A stretch of 25,115 nt of DNA from a virus (Duplodnaviria; Caudoviricetes). The stretch is taken from positions 1 to 25,115 of IMG/VR virus record IMGVR_UViG_3300020043_004109. One strand, 5' to 3'. Numbering within the stretch: position 1 is the stretch's first letter; each line of letters starts with the position of its first letter. The position numbers and the translations under genes are program-made. Shown here piece after piece: positions 24,281 through 25,115 of this stretch. Under the pieces are notes generated by a model. The model worked only from the letters and a program-made list of their open reading frames with translations, made no database searches and was not told where the DNA came from.

Positions 24281-24629
24281 ATACAAGTGGTTTTTATTTA
24301 TACTCCTTATCTGGGCTTTAGATAACGGGTTTGCGGCTATTTATTATTTATTCCCGAACGAAACTGATGAACAGTGGATGTTTAGAATACAAGTCTATAC
24401 TTCGAGCCTGTTATTGATTAACTCGTTTATTTATTTCTTTATAGCTAATTTAAGGCGTTTTAAGCCTATGGACAACATAGATAAGGGCTTTGCATTGGTT
24501 TGTGGAATTGCTACCGTGTATAACTCCTTACGGCTTGTTTTCGGGGTAATTTACATGAGTGACCTATGGTATTTAGGATTTTGGGGTTTATTTTTTATTA
24601 TCCTGCTTGTTTATAGGATTATTAAATAG
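24270..24629 (+). CDS. Four-TM membrane protein
   Basis: Four hydrophobic segments; start uncertain (TTG 24270 or 24243). Confidence 0.7.
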   Translation: MPNKYKWFLFILLIWALDNGFAAIYYLFPNETDEQWMFRIQVYTSSLLLINSFIYFFIANLRRFKPMDNIDKGFALVCGIATVYNSLRLVFGVIYMSDLWYLGFWGLFFIILLVYRIIK

Positions 24630-24649
24630 TTTTCATTAAGTGTGTTTTC

Positions 24650-24675
24650 AGCCGCTCGTGAGGGCGGTTTTTTTT
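24650..24675 (+). terminator. Rho-independent terminator ending the late operon
   Basis: GCCGCTC-GTGA-GGGCGGT stem with a GNRA loop followed by a T tract, between convergent genes. Confidence 0.85.
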
Positions 24676-24892
24676 ATGCGTATCTTAGTTCATCTCTCAT
24701 AAATTCATGCTCTGAATTGTCAGTTAATTTGACAGTATAAAATGCTTTGGCAGTTGATGAACCTTCACGGCGGTTTTCAATTTTAACAATCACGCCTTCA
24801 AGTTTTGAACCTGCAATTTTTACTTTTTGTCCGATTTGCATATTGTTTTTTTTATCTGTTAGAAATACTTGTTCACCTTTTAGTAAATCCAT
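24674..24892 (-). CDS. Small SH3/KOW-like hypothetical protein
   Basis: MQIGQKVKI....EGVIVKI...YTVKL; start ATG 24892 or 24841. Confidence 0.65.
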   Translation of the reverse strand: MDLLKGEQVFLTDKKNNMQIGQKVKIAGSKLEGVIVKIENRREGSSTAKAFYTVKLTDNSEHEFMRDELRYA

Positions 24893-24906
24893 TGTTATGT
24901 GCAAGG

Positions 24907-25115
24907 CTACGAAACTGCATCTAAACGAGCATTTGTTATTTCAATAGCTTTTGGATTAATGTCGCAACCTATAAAATTTCGGTTCAATTCTTTGCAAACT
25001 ACTGCGGTTGTTCCCGAACCCAAATAGTAATCAGCAACTGTATCGCCTTCGTTTGAACTTGCTTTTATAATTCGTTCAATTAATGCTTTTGGTTTCTGTG
25101 TATTATACCCATTCC
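24907..25115 (-). CDS. DNA N6-adenine/N4-cytosine methyltransferase (beta class), 3' end only
   Basis: Hand translation: NGYNTQKPKALIERIIKASSNEGDTVADYYLGSGTTAVVCKELNRNFIGCDINPKAIEITNARLDAVS*. It has TQKP and a C-terminal motif I (GSGTT); missing from the ORF track. Confidence 0.93.
   Translation of the reverse strand, partial: NGYNTQKPKALIERIIKASSNEGDTVADYYLGSGTTAVVCKELNRNFIGCDINPKAIEITNARLDAVS

Noticed and set aside
47-24947. Antisense and alternate-frame ORFs in the track (e.g. 47-292, 2057-2281, 3420-3668, 3681-3992, 7334-7609, 12257-12523, 16528-16872, 18174-18365, 24747-24947)
   Set aside because: They are shadows of well-supported genes, with no motifs or expression signals.
1-25115. 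Integrase, att sites, IS elements, introns/inteins in DnaB or TerL
   Set aside because: None seen. DnaB and TerL have normal lengths and contiguous motifs. Lifestyle cannot be determined from this window.

Overview
This window is a 25-kb segment of a tailed dsDNA phage or prophage, probably a siphovirus of a Bacteroidota host. The host call rests on TAnnTTTG promoter elements, A-rich translation starts without Shine-Dalgarno sites, a Bacteroidota-type DnaB N-terminus and an RpoB-like motif. Gene order on +: replication initiator (5' partial), DnaB, VRR-NUC nuclease, a structured non-coding leader, small accessory ORFs, TerS and TerL, a frameshifted tail-chaperone-like gene, tail genes and tape measure, a repeat-bounded accessory cassette, a divergent RHH-like regulator, ClpP-type protease, major capsid, decoration protein, tail tube, portal, a head-tail-adaptor/fibre fusion and holin/membrane genes. 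On -, the window ends in the 3' part of a DNA methyltransferase. The most striking locus is 20768-23434. It is one reading frame (probable CTG start) joining adaptor, CBM, an internal signal-peptide-like segment, fibre and lectin domain. A single in-frame TGA interrupts it, followed immediately by an 11-bp stem-loop, which makes it a candidate for programmed readthrough. Other highlights are an RNA-polymerase-beta mimic motif, a promoter/boxA/structured-RNA unit, a 34-bp repeat-flanked cassette holding genes with near-identical 5' ends, two candidate frameshifts and apparent GATC avoidance. All functional calls come from motif recognition by eye; no searches were run.
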